Positions 49,067 to 62,760 of a stretch of 64,000 bases of DNA are shown piece by piece. The notes beneath the pieces are model-generated. The model was not told the origin of the DNA, did not search any database, and worked only from the letters and a program-made list of their open reading frames with translations. The stretch's first letter is position 1. Each line of letters opens with the position of its first letter. A program made the position numbers and the translations under genes. The DNA is from Chara braunii (taxonomy: Eukaryota; Plantae; Charophyceae), in the NCBI GenBank assembly GCA_003427395.1, contig BFEA01000027.1:2146729-2210728 (forward strand). Direction: 5' to 3'.

Positions 49067-51780
49067 TATAAGAGAGTTCTTGACCGTCAGGACTGGACGT
49101 GACTTCTTCCTAGGCTGTTGGTGGCCAGCGCTGCTGTGTTCCACGTTCTAGAGAGTAGGAGTTTGAATTAACCGGGGACAAAGGTCAGTAGCATCATCTG
49201 TACCTTCTTTTCATCTCCTTATGATGTGGGTAGCTGGTCGGATGTGGCCAATGGTAGGTCTTGTCAAAGCGGCAGGGGGAGGGGGTGGGAGGTTGATCTG
49301 GTGTACATGGAGGATTGCTGGGCCATTGCAATGGGGGTACAGTTTTGAATATTGAAGGGATTGGTTTTGATCAAAAAGGCGTATGTCCGGAGAAAGAACA
49401 TGTTGAAGCTACCAGACCGCCCTTTTGAGGTTGTGACGAAGTGGGTTGGCAAGATTGTGGAGGAGTGGGTCAGCGACTGGCCCAGCTTTGTGGAGCTCGA
49501 GCTTTTGGCTTCTGGGGCCGTTGATTGCGTGAACAGAAGGTTTCGGTCTTTTCTCTTGATCTGCATCGAAGTGCTTTAAGAGCATATTTCTTACACATCA
49601 TCAATTGCGGAGTGTGACGTGCTGGCCATGATCCTGAGTGGAGTTGGTCAGATGGAGATGGATTTCCCGAGACGCGGAGGAGGATTTTCTCGTGTTATGG
49701 AAGTGCGCGGTCGAGCGGTTTACCGTCGAAGGGAACCAGAAGGGAAGCGTGTCAGGCAGGAAGGAGGAATGCTGTGCAGTTTCGCTCTTTGGCGTAACTG
49801 ATGTGAGTGAGATATCCTGGGCATGTTTCGAGTTGTTTGGCGCAGCCAGCTGAAACAGACCTTGACGCAAGTGTGCAAGGCAAGAGGGAATGAAGTCGCT
49901 CTCATAACTGGTGCGAGCGATATGTCCAGGGTGGTGGGAACTTTCTTGTCGACAGGCTAGGCACCTTGCTGTAGCTGCCACATGTGCATGTTGCGCAGGG
50001 GTAGACGGTCCCCATGGTTGAATCAGGGGCCAGTTATGATGAAGAGGTTGTGTGTGCGTGAGTATTCACGCTGGAGATGGGAAACGGAGTGATGTCGAGT
50101 ATGTAGGGATTGTTGCAGATCGCCGTATGAACGGTAAAGGAAGAGGATATTGATTACGAGGAAACATGAGCAGGCAGAGTTGGAAAAACAGGAGTTAATT
50201 CCAATTAGGCGCACGTAAAGGATGCTGCATGCAGAGGGACATCAGGTGGTGGATGTTCTGAGCTGATGTTTAGTAGGGCTAGGGCGATGTAGTGATTGTG
50301 TGAAGACTGAGGGGAGGGGAGGGGAGGGGAGGTGAGGTGGGGTGAGGTTTGAGAAGAGGAGGCATAAAGCATAGCTGTCATCTACTGGGAAGAAGTACGC
50401 ATGCATCTTTCCTTGAAAAACTTGTGTATTGATGTTTTTTCGTGTCTGTACACACATATCAATCAATAACGAAGTAGTGGCGTCTTGTTTTGATTTTTTA
50501 ACTTTATTATTATCATTATTATTATCGTTTCCATTTTTTTTTTTTCTCTTCGTTTTTGCGTTCTTCTTTCAATCGCAGGGAGTGTGGTGCTTGACAAGGC
50601 GGTGCACTGTGGAGTTGTCTGGTGGACAGTGAGTCTTTTCCCATGGTTGAGAAGTTGTAGGGTTCGCGAACACGAGCGTGGTTGGTTGTAGTGGGAGAGA
50701 GAGAGAGACTCAGCTCTTGGTGTTTTAAGTTTTTTAACGGATTAACGGATGGGATCGGTGGCAGCTAACCTAACACCACTGCTGCGAGTCTGCCCGGTGT
50801 ATTAGCGTCGCACACAGAAGCCATAGGCATCACCGAACAAGAATGAATGTATGGCCTCTGGCTGCAAGAGACGCGTGCGAATTGGCACGCCACACTCTTG
50901 CAGTCTTTCCCATTTATTGAAGGAGGTTGTTCCAACACGACTCAGTGGGAAGTCTGTGGTTGGATGCAGACACGAGCACAATCAATGTCGTCGGTTACGT
51001 GCTGTGTTTCTCAAAGTGCTCATGGGCTGGAGTTTGATGAACGACAATTGTGAGGGAAGTAGCGGGGTTTACCAGGGGTCTGACTGTACACCAGTAGGTG
51101 GATATCATTAGCTCAGCTTACGGATTTGTCTTGATTGGGGCGTGAGCGGTGGTTGGTTGGGTCGGGAACATTGTCTTTCTGGGAGGCATGAAGATTTTGA
51201 GGGCTGTGATGGATGCATCGGGAGTTTTCTCTTTCGCTCAGTCCTTCCTGTCGTGGGCCGAGGGCACCGATTAGTTCGAGTGTGGGAGTTGGAAGATGAG
51301 GTCGCTTGTAGTTGCTTCAAGCAGAGAGCAATGAGGACAGTGGGTTTGATGTTTGATGTTGGGAGTGATCGATGTGGAGCACAGTGCTGCTTTGGCAGAT
51401 ATGGTGGTTATTGTCATGTTCCAGCGGGTTGCATGGCGAGGGGTGGGATGACATGCCATCGCTGAAGGTGGATACCAGGGGGGAAGAGACTGGCCGCAAA
51501 GGGTAGTTGGATGTGCATGCGGTAGTTACTACCCGAGCCACTTTCCTGTTTAACGAGGAAGCAAAGTGCATATGATGCTCGTGTGATTCCTGATCGATTA
51601 CACAACTGAGCTTTTAGCTGGAAAGCAATCCGTCGATGCGTGTACTGCATCAGGAGCTGCGCGTGTTGCGTCAGGAGTGCGCTCAAAGGATGGCTGTGGG
51701 AAGATGAACTGAGCCATTCACAGCTAGTGGGAGTAGCCATAGGATGAACCCTGTTCTGCTTTTGCAGTTATGCCGTAGGC

Positions 51781-51811
<31 letters not shown>

Positions 51812-52022
51812 GTCATGATGGTGATGATGATGATGTGCTTGAAATGTTCTCTCAGGTTATGAGATGGGAAAAATTATGTTCCGCGGACTGAAGAACTGGG
51901 CACACCAGGAGGCATATAGCAGTTTCAGAAGTATAACTGACCGTTCCAAGCTCTTACGGATTTGGTGAATACCTTTTTATGTCTTGTACGTCAGTGCAAG
52001 TGAAGTTGCTGACGTTGTGGAT

Positions 52023-52140
<118 letters not shown>

Positions 52141-53513
52141 ATTATAAGGGTTTGCTATTTCAGAGAGTGGTAGTTGTGGGAGGTCTTGAGTGATTGATTT
52201 GATTGATTGATTGACATTGATTTGATTGATTGGTGGCATAAATTATCTCCTTGTTCATATCTAACTTGGTCATTCCTAGGGAATAGCCTTGCTGAGTGGG
52301 TGCGCGACACAGAGGGGACTCGTTAGGGTGGGTGAGCTTGCCGTGGCTACTCGGTTTGAACTTTGAACTTCAGACTAGTGTCAGAGTTGACATGCTTCCT
52401 CAATTCTTTTATAAGTGTTTTGGGCTCCACCTGTTTTGCGGGAAACCACGTCTGGCTTTGACCGTAGCCAGCTGACGTCAGCAGCATTGCTCGACGTGAC
52501 TGCAATGCTCGCTACTACCTCTCTCATGATCGAGGACTTCTTTATCTTTCATTGCGATAATGTCATGCAGCCACAGCTTGGGCATATGATTTATAGCCAG
52601 CCAATGCAAGGGTCCTGCGCGACAGCATACGTCGACAGCATGCATAATCCACTCTCCTCCCTGCCAACGGCACCCCACGTCTTCCAGGTATGTGCATGAG
52701 ACTGAGGGGTACAGAGGAAGCCATTTCCAGCTGCGGCCGATGCATGCAGGTGACTTGAAGCAAATCCTGAATGAAGGGCCGCCGTTTTCTGCGTTTACGA
52801 ACGTGCAACGCATCGAAGGTGTGTAAGGGAACGAAGGCAGCCAGTGAGCGGCGGGGGAGCTCAACGGAATTGCTCCAGGCCGGGATCGAATGTCTTCCCT
52901 TCTTGTTAATCATTGTGCAATTCTCAGACTCGGACTCGGATTCGGATTCGGACGCGCCAATGGTTTTTTTCTTCATCCCCCCGTTTCTTCATCCCAACGT
53001 GGTGTCTTTCACCTCCGGTTATATCTTGATGATGGGCTATCTTCATACTGAATCGAGGAGAGACTCGTTGCGATCGCATCTCTCATTGTAAAGGAAGAAT
53101 GGTCCGGAAGCTGTGCGGCGGTGGTGGTTTTGACGAATCTGACGATGTTGTATGTTGCGCGACCGCAAGTGTTGTGATTGTGCCGTCTCCTGATCCTGTG
53201 CGCTTGGAAACGATAAGTTACTAGCGTTGCCTGTTTCTCATGGTGTGCATCGGGGAGGAGAGGTTTTACGACGATGGACGGATAAGAGCTCAGCTTGCCA
53301 AGGGGCTTTGTTTACAGCCATGCAGGACCCCTTGAGGGGTGGCCGGTGTGCAGTGTGTGCCTTCTTTTATGTTAGGCCACCAGGAAGGATGCTACGAGGA
53401 TGACTTTCGAGGAGGTACACACACATAACAGTGCAGCAATTACTGCACCGTATCTATATTGCGATATGCGGAGGTACATTTGGGAAAAGGAGGGTGCTCA
53501 CCTCTCACACAGA

Positions 53514-53574
<61 letters not shown>

Positions 53575-54798
53575 AAATGCGATTGATGTTCTTTTCTAGC
53601 GCCCGTCACGGTTGTTTGCGTGATGCATGTGACGTTCAGGCGATTGGTAAACAGTGTCTGCAGCAGTGAGTAGATGCGAGTTTTGACATTTGGATGTGGA
53701 GGATCACATCAGGAGGGGAGTTATCGGGCACGGATGGCTTGGTGGGAGCCGTGGATCACAATTGTTTCACTACTGATGTTGCGGACTCGGTAGGATTCTG
53801 AGCCCTTTGCTGCCTGAGCGGGAGGGGAGAGGGAGTCTAAGCATAAGTTGGAGGTCTTTTTGGGGAGTAGCATTTCCTGACTGATATCTTCTGACAGCTG
53901 ATTTTATTTCTTGTAGGTTTATTGAACACAAAAATGGTTTCAAAATTGAAAGAGATTTGGTGAAATTTTTGTCACTTTCAGAGATTCAGTGTAGCTGAAT
54001 ACTATGTGGTGGTGAATTGTGTGAGAAACCTCGCCCTCTTACGATGATGAATAGGCTGAATGACCAGGAGCACAGCTTCCCTATGTGTCGTTACATTTTT
54101 TTGTTAGTCGTTGTGCTCGGCGTCGTGGGCACCCACTACTCTTTGCAATGTGGTGGTGAATTGTGTGAGAAACCTCGCCCTCTTACGGCATACTCACATG
54201 AGCTCTTTTATAAATCTACCGGGCAGCAATGACGGCTATACCTGGATGGATCTGGCCGCAATGACGGCCACAGGACTATATGCCCTTAGAAGCTATTACC
54301 CTCTTCTCTCTTTGTCTTCTCCCCTTTGCTGCTTGTGCCTACCGGTGGGCTCTGTTCTTTTGGTTTCTTGCGTACTGGTGGGCGCTGTTCTTTTGCTTTG
54401 TCAAGTACCATTTTTTCCAAATGACGAAGGAGCCGATTCTACTATGCTTACTCAGTCGTGCAGGTCGAAAACTGTTCTTTGGAACAACGGGGACTCCCCC
54501 ACTGCAAGTTAGAAGGGGGAGATTGGATGTCGCGTGTAAAGATTCTTCTTCTTCTTCTTCTTCTTCTTCTTCTTCTTCTTTTTTTATTTTTTTTATTTTT
54601 TTTTTAATGGTAAAGATTCTTTAGTCCAGCCTCTACAACAACCTGGGCTTTGAAAAAAAAAGAAAAAAAGAGTGGTAGTAGTACAGTAGTCCTGTGGTAC
54701 TTTGCTTGTTTTGCGAGTCGTGACTGGACTCTAATTTTGGAACTTGCGTGTTGGATTTGGTGAACGACGTGCAGGTTAGTAGGGGCCTACTCACACTA

Positions 54799-54898
54799 CC
54801 GTCTTCCCCCGAACATAACGCACCCTAAAAATGAATGTATACAAGCTATATTTCCGGCCAGATACAGCCAAAAGAAGGGTGTGTTGTGTTTCCGACGG
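54799..54898. mobile_element. Tc1/mariner (Tc2/pogo-like) MITE with TA TSD
   Basis: TA then CCGTCTTCCCCCGAACATAACGCAC...GTGTTGTGTTTCCGACGG then TA. Confidence 0.7.
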
Positions 54899-55929
54899 TA
54901 GGTGCTCAAAATGGCAGAGTTGCAGAATGAGCGGTCAGATCGAGTGCTCCTCGAAGAAGAGGACTCGATCGGGCCCCTCATTTTGCGATTCTGCGATTTC
55001 GAGGGACTAGTGTGATATAGTAGTATACTCTTAGAAGGGAGATTTGAACTCGTGCGTAAGGACTGGGAAATGTACTGTGCTCGTTCGTCGATCGTGACTG
55101 GTTTCGAACGTGGAGCCTGTGCTTTGGATTAGGTGAAATAACGTGCATGCTTTGTTTGCCAATGACTAGCCTCAAACTCAGGAGTACTGACATTTGAAAC
55201 TATTTTTTGTAGAGAGAGAGAGAGAGAGAGAGAGAGAGCATGTGCATCCGACTCATGTTGATGGTTCGCTTTTATAATGACGATGGTTATGAACTGTTTT
55301 GTCTTTTTTTTTGGGGGGGGGGTGGGGGGGGGGGGGGGAGGGGGACATATACGAAGAACCTTGTTGTTTGTGGGAAACGGTGACGATGGTTTTATTAATC
55401 GTAGTAGTGGATGACACATGTAGGAATATTCGCGTTGGTTCTGGGGATGCTGGTATGGTACCGATCGGCCTGAAGCTTTTTTTCAAATACTGTGATGACT
55501 GCATGCGAGGTCTGATAGTATTGATTACTGGATATGCGGTTTTTGTCACGGTAAGCGAGACTGAGGACGTTTTCCACTTCTCCGGAAACCGTACTCGTGG
55601 TCAGGTGCATCCAGGCCAGGTCCGAAAAGCGGGCATATGCATCTGGGCAGTACTTTTGATCAGGATTGCTTAAGTACCCGAATCTTGCGCTTGATCTCAA
55701 CTGAGAGAAGGATCCCAACGTGGAATGACGACGGAAAGAATTCGAAATTGAGAATGCAGTTTCTCAATCTTGGGCTCTTAAGACGTGATGTATTCAATGA
55801 TAATCAAAGCTGCTCTGGAGAGTAGGGGCTGATTTACCCAAGAAAAAAAAGGAAAAAAAGGGAAAGGAGCATTGTGACAATTTTGTGAATAAATTTCACA
55901 TATCAAGATCTAGCTGTTGTCCCCCACCT

Positions 55930-56254
55930 ACCTTCTTCCCGCGGACATAACGCATGTGTGTTGTAAAGGAATGCAACGAGTAGGGTACGTTCTATTCGAA
56001 TACAATGCATATGCTTTCTATTCGAATAGCCTTGAATTTATATTACAACGCATGTGCGTTCTATTCGAATAGTCTTAAATTTCTAATACAACGTATATGC
56101 GTTCTATTTGAATAGCCTTAAATTTCGAATACAATGCATATGCGTTCTATTCGAATAGCCTTAAATTTCTAATACAACGCATATGCGTTCTATTCGATTT
56201 TTTTTCAAATTTGAGAACTCGAAAACAACACATATGCGTTATGTTCGGGGAATA
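55930..56254. mobile_element. MITE of the same family with ~6 internal ~41-bp tandem repeats
   Basis: Arms cccgcggacataacgcatgtgtgttg / caacacatatgcgttatgttcgggg; internal unit tacaacgcatatgcgttctattcgaatagccttaaatttc. Confidence 0.7.
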
Positions 56255-56659
56255 CACAATTATATGTGTCGTGCCAACCAGCCTCTTCTCACTTCATCCG
56301 CCCCAACGACGCTTCTACGTCTCTCCTACCCGCTTCTCCTCCAATCGCCTTTCCCTCATCCTTCCTTTTCACAACCGTACACATACTCCCCTCGTATCCA
56401 TGCCCCACTGCAAATCAGGTGAGGCGGATCCTTATCTATGCGACTTCGCATCCCGACTGTCGATACACCATGGCCCTCAGCCCTCACTGCAAATTAAGCT
56501 AGCCGGATCGGCTGTTTTGGATTAACCACTGAGGCCCACTTACGGCAAAGCTTTCTACCATTGGGTACTAAGCCCAAGATGAGGCTGAGTCGGAAGAGAA
56601 AACCGGCTATAAGCAGGATAGGGGGAAGGGTGGGAGAAGGCAGAACAAGCCAGCATCCC

Positions 56660-57148
56660 ACACCCCGAGGATCGGTCGTTCACATATCAATGATCCTTCC
56701 GTAGGTTCACCTACGAACCCTTGTTATAACTTCCCCTTCCTCTAAATTGTAAGGTGCAATGAACTCCTCATAGCACGCCCAGCGGCAAACTGTTGTGATT
56801 ATGGTTCACCTACTCCTTCCTCTAAATGGTAAGGTGCAATGAACTTCTCACAACACCCCCAGCGGCAAACCGTCGAGATTATCGCGTTCCAGACATTTCA
56901 CCGACCATTCAATCGGTAGGAGTGACGGGTTTACAAAAGGCAGGGACGTAATCAGCGCGAGTTGATGATTTACACTGACCATGCAATTGGTAGGAGTCCC
57001 CCGAAGATCGGCCGTTCACATGTCAATGGTCCTTCCGCAGGTTCACCTACGAACCCTTGTTACAACTTCTCCTTCCTCTAAATGACAAGGTTTAATGAAC
57101 TTCTCACAACACCCTCAGCGACAAACTGCGAAGATCATGGTGATCTAG

Positions 57149-57186
<38 letters not shown>

Positions 57187-57367
57187 TGGTCTGTACAAGG
57201 CAAGGGCGTAATCAACGCAGGCTGATGACTTACGCTTACCATGCCTTCCTTGTTCAAGATCGATAATTACAACACTCTATCCCCATCCCCATCATAATAA
57301 ACCTTGAGAAGGTTACCCGGGCTTTCAACTCAGACAACCGACTCGTTGAATTCATCATTCCAGCGCG
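56660..57367 (-). pseudogene. Degenerate 18S rRNA 3' end and ITS1 start, three partial tandem copies
   Basis: gatccttccg(c/t)aggttcacctacg, ttcctctaaat and gacgggtggtctgtacaagg are reverse complements of conserved 18S 3' motifs. Confidence 0.9.
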
Positions 57368-58789
57368 GTCGCACTTTTCCAATCAGGACACTCTCGGCGG
57401 TCGGAAAGACAACAGGTTGTCGCGGTATTTTTGATGATTTCTGCAATAAATAAATGATCAATGCAAACCCTTTCTTGCGTGCGCTCGTCTTCTAGCGAGT
57501 CCCTTCAATCGCGGTCTACGCCAGTCCCCGGTCCTTGGAATCTTTCATGTGATTCGGAACAGGAAATGCAATTATGCAATTAGTAAATTAAAATAAAATG
57601 CATAGCCCATCATAATTTTCAATTTAGGAATTTTGAGAATTGTGAGATGACTAGCAAAGATCATATCTTCAATCAATGCCAATGAAACAAGATCAAGCCC
57701 CACTTGACTCAAAGGCAAAGACAAGATGAATGAGGCAAGGTGATAACTCGTAATAATCTCAGAAGGTACAAGTAAAAAAACATGGCCAGACCTCGTGAAG
57801 AGTCCTCACTCTCCTTCTCATGTCTCATAATCAATGACTCGTTTGATGGTGCGATTCGTGAGCTAGTGATGTAAAGCCACATAAGTCCCATGAGTCCGGA
57901 GTAGGTTCACCCGAGGACACAGAGTAGGGAGATGTAACTCGAAAAATATCCCTCGCTTGAGATGTCGAAAATCTGAGTATGGAGATATGACTTGGAAATC
58001 CCTCGCTTGAGATGTCGAAACTATGACGGTTCAGTCACTGCCTCATAGTCCATCTCTGCTGGTGAGACATACCTTTTGACCATGTCAACCAGATCACCTT
58101 TGTAGGAACCATCAATGAGGTAGAAAGGGACCGGTGGCCTAGGGTAGTCAGAGTATAGCTTAGGACCAAAGCCATGATTCAGCTTTACACCCTCTTGAAG
58201 CACTCGTGCTCTCTTCTCAACGTACCGAGCTGCTGTAATCCAAACTGAGTGACCCCCTTACATGAAACCAATTGCATTGACATACTGGTAATGGGAAGCA
58301 TCCTTGGAAGCAATCCTGTTGAGACTAGTCAAGACAGTCTGATGAAATGAGAATGAAGTAATGAAACTCGTGTGCTGAGTAAAGTAGTAGAACTTATTAT
58401 AATCAAGAATGACAACGAAAATGCTAATAATAATAATTTTTGTGACTGAATGTCACTGATGAAAATATTGATTGATTGATATAGATCTGAGAGTTGACTG
58501 ATAATAACAAAATGACAATAGATCTCCGTTAAGGAATCACTGATGATGTTTTTGATGGTTGAATGTTGTCGAGTATTCAGTCACTGATTGTTTTTCCAAT
58601 GACATATAGAGTTACGCAAGTCATTTGAGATACCGGGCCCATTACCTGGCTTCAATTGAGAATCAATTTGAGAATTATTTGAAGAAATTCAGGACAATTA
58701 AAGGAGAGGTTGAAAAACTATGAATGACTACTGATCTCTTTTTGAATGCTCAAAACTCCTGAATTCCCAAACAAAACTCTCCAAGAATG

Positions 58790-60350
58790 TCCAACACTGT
58801 CTTATTCCCTGTCGAGCTTTCCCAGGCGTCACACCCCCACCCGGCTAGGTTACAGAGCAACACGACTCGCACCAACTCCGGCCAGCGTCGGCCGAACAGC
58901 TACCCATGGTTGTCCCTTGGAATGCCCATCCCAAAGCATCCCCAAATCTCTCTACCAGGCCTCACGCTTTTGCAATCAGCAGGTTACAGGGCAACACCCC
59001 AGCACCGACCAGCGTCGTTCTGGCATTGAACAACCGTAAATCCATGAATGTAACAATATCAAACAGCCTAAAGCGAGTTGCTAGAAGTCCCTAGAATCCT
59101 AAAACAGTATTTTTTTTTTTATAACCAAAAGCAATGCTATTTGAGGTAAATTTGGAAGACTATCCACCAGCGAAAATCCCAGCGATTGTCTTCAAACACT
59201 CCAAAGCGCCAGAGGGTCCTAACACCCTCAAAGTCCTCAGACACTGTCTTATTCATTACCAAACTCTACCAAGCCTCTCACCCCCGCTATAGGTTACAGG
59301 GCAAAGCAACTCACCCCGGCTCCGACCTGCATCGTCTTCGACAGGAACCCTTGATTGTCTCGTGAAATGACCCCCCTAGGCATTCCTAGATCTCTCTACC
59401 AGGCCTCAAGCTCCTGTTGTCAACAAGTTACAGGGTCAACACCCCAACGTTTGCCAACGTCGTTCTGGCATGGAACAACCGCAGGTCCAGGAATAAAACA
59501 ACATAAAAATTCGCCTAAAGGGCATTGCAAGGAGTCCCAAGAGCCTAAAAGTGTTCTGCCACAACCACGGAGAACAATCACAATCGCTAGAGGATAGTCA
59601 CATCCGAACACATCGCCCATTGTTTTCTTTTTTTTTTAATGAGATAGGACATGAGTGACACACAACAAAATTGAAAACAAAAAATCCGAACCGAAACCAC
59701 CAACTAACCAACTTCCCACGCAACAATTGGAAAATTCAAAGTCCCCGTGATCGGTCCTTGAACCTAAACGCGGCTGGTGTCATAACCCCCTGTGCTAGGG
59801 TCACAGGGCACCACCATGCCCCGGTACCGACCAGCCTGGTATAGACGGCAAGGATTGGCTTCCTCCCTCGACAACTCCCATTAGCCGCACGCCCCTAGGT
59901 GACAGGGATAAAACCCCAGCAACTGGGCGTCGAACGCGGTGGTTCTGCTTTCCTCCCTCGACATAGCTCCCCACGCCTCATGCTCCCCTAGGTTAAACAA
60001 CAATACTCGAGCACCGACCTGCGCTGTCCTAAGCACGTCCTTTTCACCTACTGACGAAGACTAAGGCCCTTCCCCTGTCACACCCCCCTACGAACTTCCC
60101 ACTCGTCTGTGCGAATAATTTGCTTCCCTTAATTGTGTGTTTTTTGGCTACCTGCTAAAAAGTAAAAAATATAAACCTAGTTGACAATTTGCAAAGCAAT
60201 CAAGGAGACTATAACAACCCTACTCAGGCTCAGCAACGCAATCATACTCTTCCTGAGTCTGCCCAGCCTCACACCCCCACCGCTAGGTTACAGGGCAGCA
60301 CAACACCCCAGCACCGACCGACATCATTCTGGCATCGAAAAACCACGGAT
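58790..60350 (+). repeat. Dispersed array of an ~30-bp motif (ctaggttacagggcaacaccccagcaccgacc), 8 copies, with an ~445-bp higher-order unit
   Basis: Copies near 58845, 58981, 59291, 59425, 59795, 59895, 59988 and 60283. Confidence 0.75.
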
Positions 60351-60938
60351 CCACAATTACAACAGCAACAGACACACCTAAGAAAATTTGCTAACAGTCT
60401 CCAATGAGAGAAACCTTATCTGGAAACACTAATCGGAATATGAAAAATCACGTCAAAGTTTAAACGAGTTTGAAAGTTTAAAACAAAATCATCAAAGTAA
60501 CCAAGGTCATTAGATTAGGCAGAATTCATCACGAATCATGACATATTAAAAAATTGAATCATGATAAATTAGAACATCGAATCATGATAAATTAGAAAAA
60601 CGATTTATGGTGAAATTGACAAATCTATATGAAATATTATTAGCATTTACGAATAGGATGTCCGAATAGGACTTTCGATTAGTTTTTTAAAGATCAACAT
60701 CAGAGTATACTTATGAATTTCCTACCAACAAGTATGAAAATTATACGAATTAGAATACCCGACTAAAATTGTTCTTTGGGAATTGAGACCGAAGTAATCA
60801 TTTTATGAATGACTCCACTTCAGAATAATTAGAGTTATCCAAGAGTGAAATTTATGAAAATTGATAACAAAAAAATATTAGAAATTTATTAGCATTTTAA
60901 AATACGCCAAGAACAGATTTTTTCCACTCTTCGAGCTC

Positions 60939-61301
60939 ACCCCTCTTCCTCCAAACCCACTTTTGCTTTCACCGGAGTTTTGCCTTGGCTCGCTCAATGG
61001 TCTTTAGAGAGGAGTCAGTGCTATGCAGTTTTCCACGATGATCATAAAAGTGAAAAATGTACTTGATGTATTTTCGTTTTCCAATTCTCTGAACGACACG
61101 CTCCCTCAAGAGAACCTTATGAAATTTTATGTCTTGATCAGGTTCCCTCTCCCAACCATCATACTTATCTTTGCTGATCTTGCACCTCACTACCAGGATT
61201 TCCTCATCCTTCATGATCTCTTTTCTACTCCAAGGTTTAAGCATCAGTAGGAGGCAAGAGAATGGAGAGACAATCAGTAGCCCAACAAATTTTGTACTCA
61301 A
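60939..61301 (-). mobile_element. Possible chromovirus (Ty3/Gypsy) pol 3' end: chromodomain-like remnant, PPT and TG start of an LTR
   Basis: KVLLRERVVQRIGKRKYIKYIFHF resembles a chromodomain; ggaggaagagggg then TG follows on the minus strand. Confidence 0.4.
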
Positions 61302-61707
61302 ATGGAAAGTGAGTAGCTCTTAGGATCAATGTTGCCTACAGTTCTGCTCATATAATGCAAAAAAAATCGTCTACGGTAGCCCCCTGTTTTCTGCACGCGA
61401 AAGTCGCTATCGTTTAACCTCAAATTCACTCAATACGTTGTATTGCTGAGATTGCAAGATACAACTGAGTGTGGATGCTCTGAGCTCAGAATCTGTTCGT
61501 ATTGAACATCACAACTGGAGTTGGGGGTCTCTAAGTACCCAAAGCGGTGACCCTAAGCACTGGAGACGCTCATTCTTAACTTGGCGATTTTGCGCATGGA
61601 GTTTTGTATGTACCTAGTAAAAATAAAACCCTGAGTACGATTGCTCGACCTTGCCCAACGAGACGATTCCGAGTACGAGTTTAGATCTTACTCAGATTTA
61701 ATAAAAT

Positions 61708-61980
61708 CTAGGCTACCAGCCAGGCCGCCCGGGTCCCGGGTGCCCAACACGTGCAAGGACCAAGCAATGTCCCCCCCCCCAAAAAAATAAAAATAAAATC
61801 CAAAAACAAAACTATGTTATGCAGAACAATAAAATGAACAACTTCTGCCTCAAGGTTACATTGAAATTCTTCACCAAATTTAAATAAAAAAATAAAATTA
61901 AAAAATATTTTCTTAATTTTTATTTTTTATTTTTTTTGGCCCGGCCGGGCAAGTGACCCCGGGCCACTCTGGTAACCTAG
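61708..61980. mobile_element. Second copy (inverted) of the CTAGGCTACCAG-TIR MITE
   Basis: TIRs ctaggctaccag / ctggtaacctag; internal homology to 46576-46948; degenerate TSD aataaaat/aagtaaat. Confidence 0.85.
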
Positions 61981-62338
61981 AAGTAAATTAAATTAAAATA
62001 GATTTAAAATAAAATAACTTCAAGTATCTGACAAGTTGCTCAGAAGATGTCTATCAGGTCTCGGAAAAACCAACTCGATGTTTTCTATGTCTACTAGTCC
62101 GTGCTTCGATGAGGGGCGTTCTCGTCACGTTGGCTGAAGTTAAACGAGACTTTATAAATTTGTTTTGGAACGATAAACATGCAGAATATATCAGTGGGTA
62201 TCACGCGTATATTTGCAACTTGTTCTTGAACAACAAGACACTCTTGAGATGCTAATAAAAAAATGAAGTATGCACGAATTTGCCCTCAATTCGTGAGGAT
62301 GCAACCACAAGATTGAAATTACAGAGGTTTTTGTCTTT

Positions 62339-62760
62339 ACTCGGGTCAGGAGTTGTGTTTTCCCGCCCTCCGAACCACACATGATAGTTTTCCATCATAC
62401 GACTCTCCGTCATGAATCATCGTTCGATAATGTTATCGATAAACTGACAGGTTTATATAGGACCACGCCCGTCTCAACACATTGAAACTGTGGATCAAAT
62501 TTCTTCAGTGTGCTTCTTTTGAACTTAGTGCGATATTTAAGCGCTAAGGTGAGTGCACAAGATTCCTTCATTAAGTGAACTATCGACCATAATGATAATC
62601 GATTGTCCACGAAAGAGTGAAGTCACAAGAGTACCCTTACAATTTACGCAGCAAGGCTTCCAACAATTTTCAGAATAGTCGGAAGCATGAGGGAAGTTTA
62701 CCACTGAACAACTGATCGATTTTGCGATATTAAGAGATTCAAAGTAATTTTTTTTTTAAT
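62339..62760 (-). mobile_element. 3' part of an organellar group II intron: maturase domain X, domain V and domain VI (NUMT-like)
   Basis: SFVDNRLSLWSIVHLMKESCALTLALKY..KKF..CVETG; DV gagtcgtatgatggaaaactatcatgtgtggttc at 62372-62405; DVI gggcggg...cctgaccc. Confidence 0.85.

Noticed and set aside
50820-51000. Old LINE zinc-knuckle remnant on the minus strand (HRLPT..ECG..)
   Set aside because: Motif match is partial and frameshifted.
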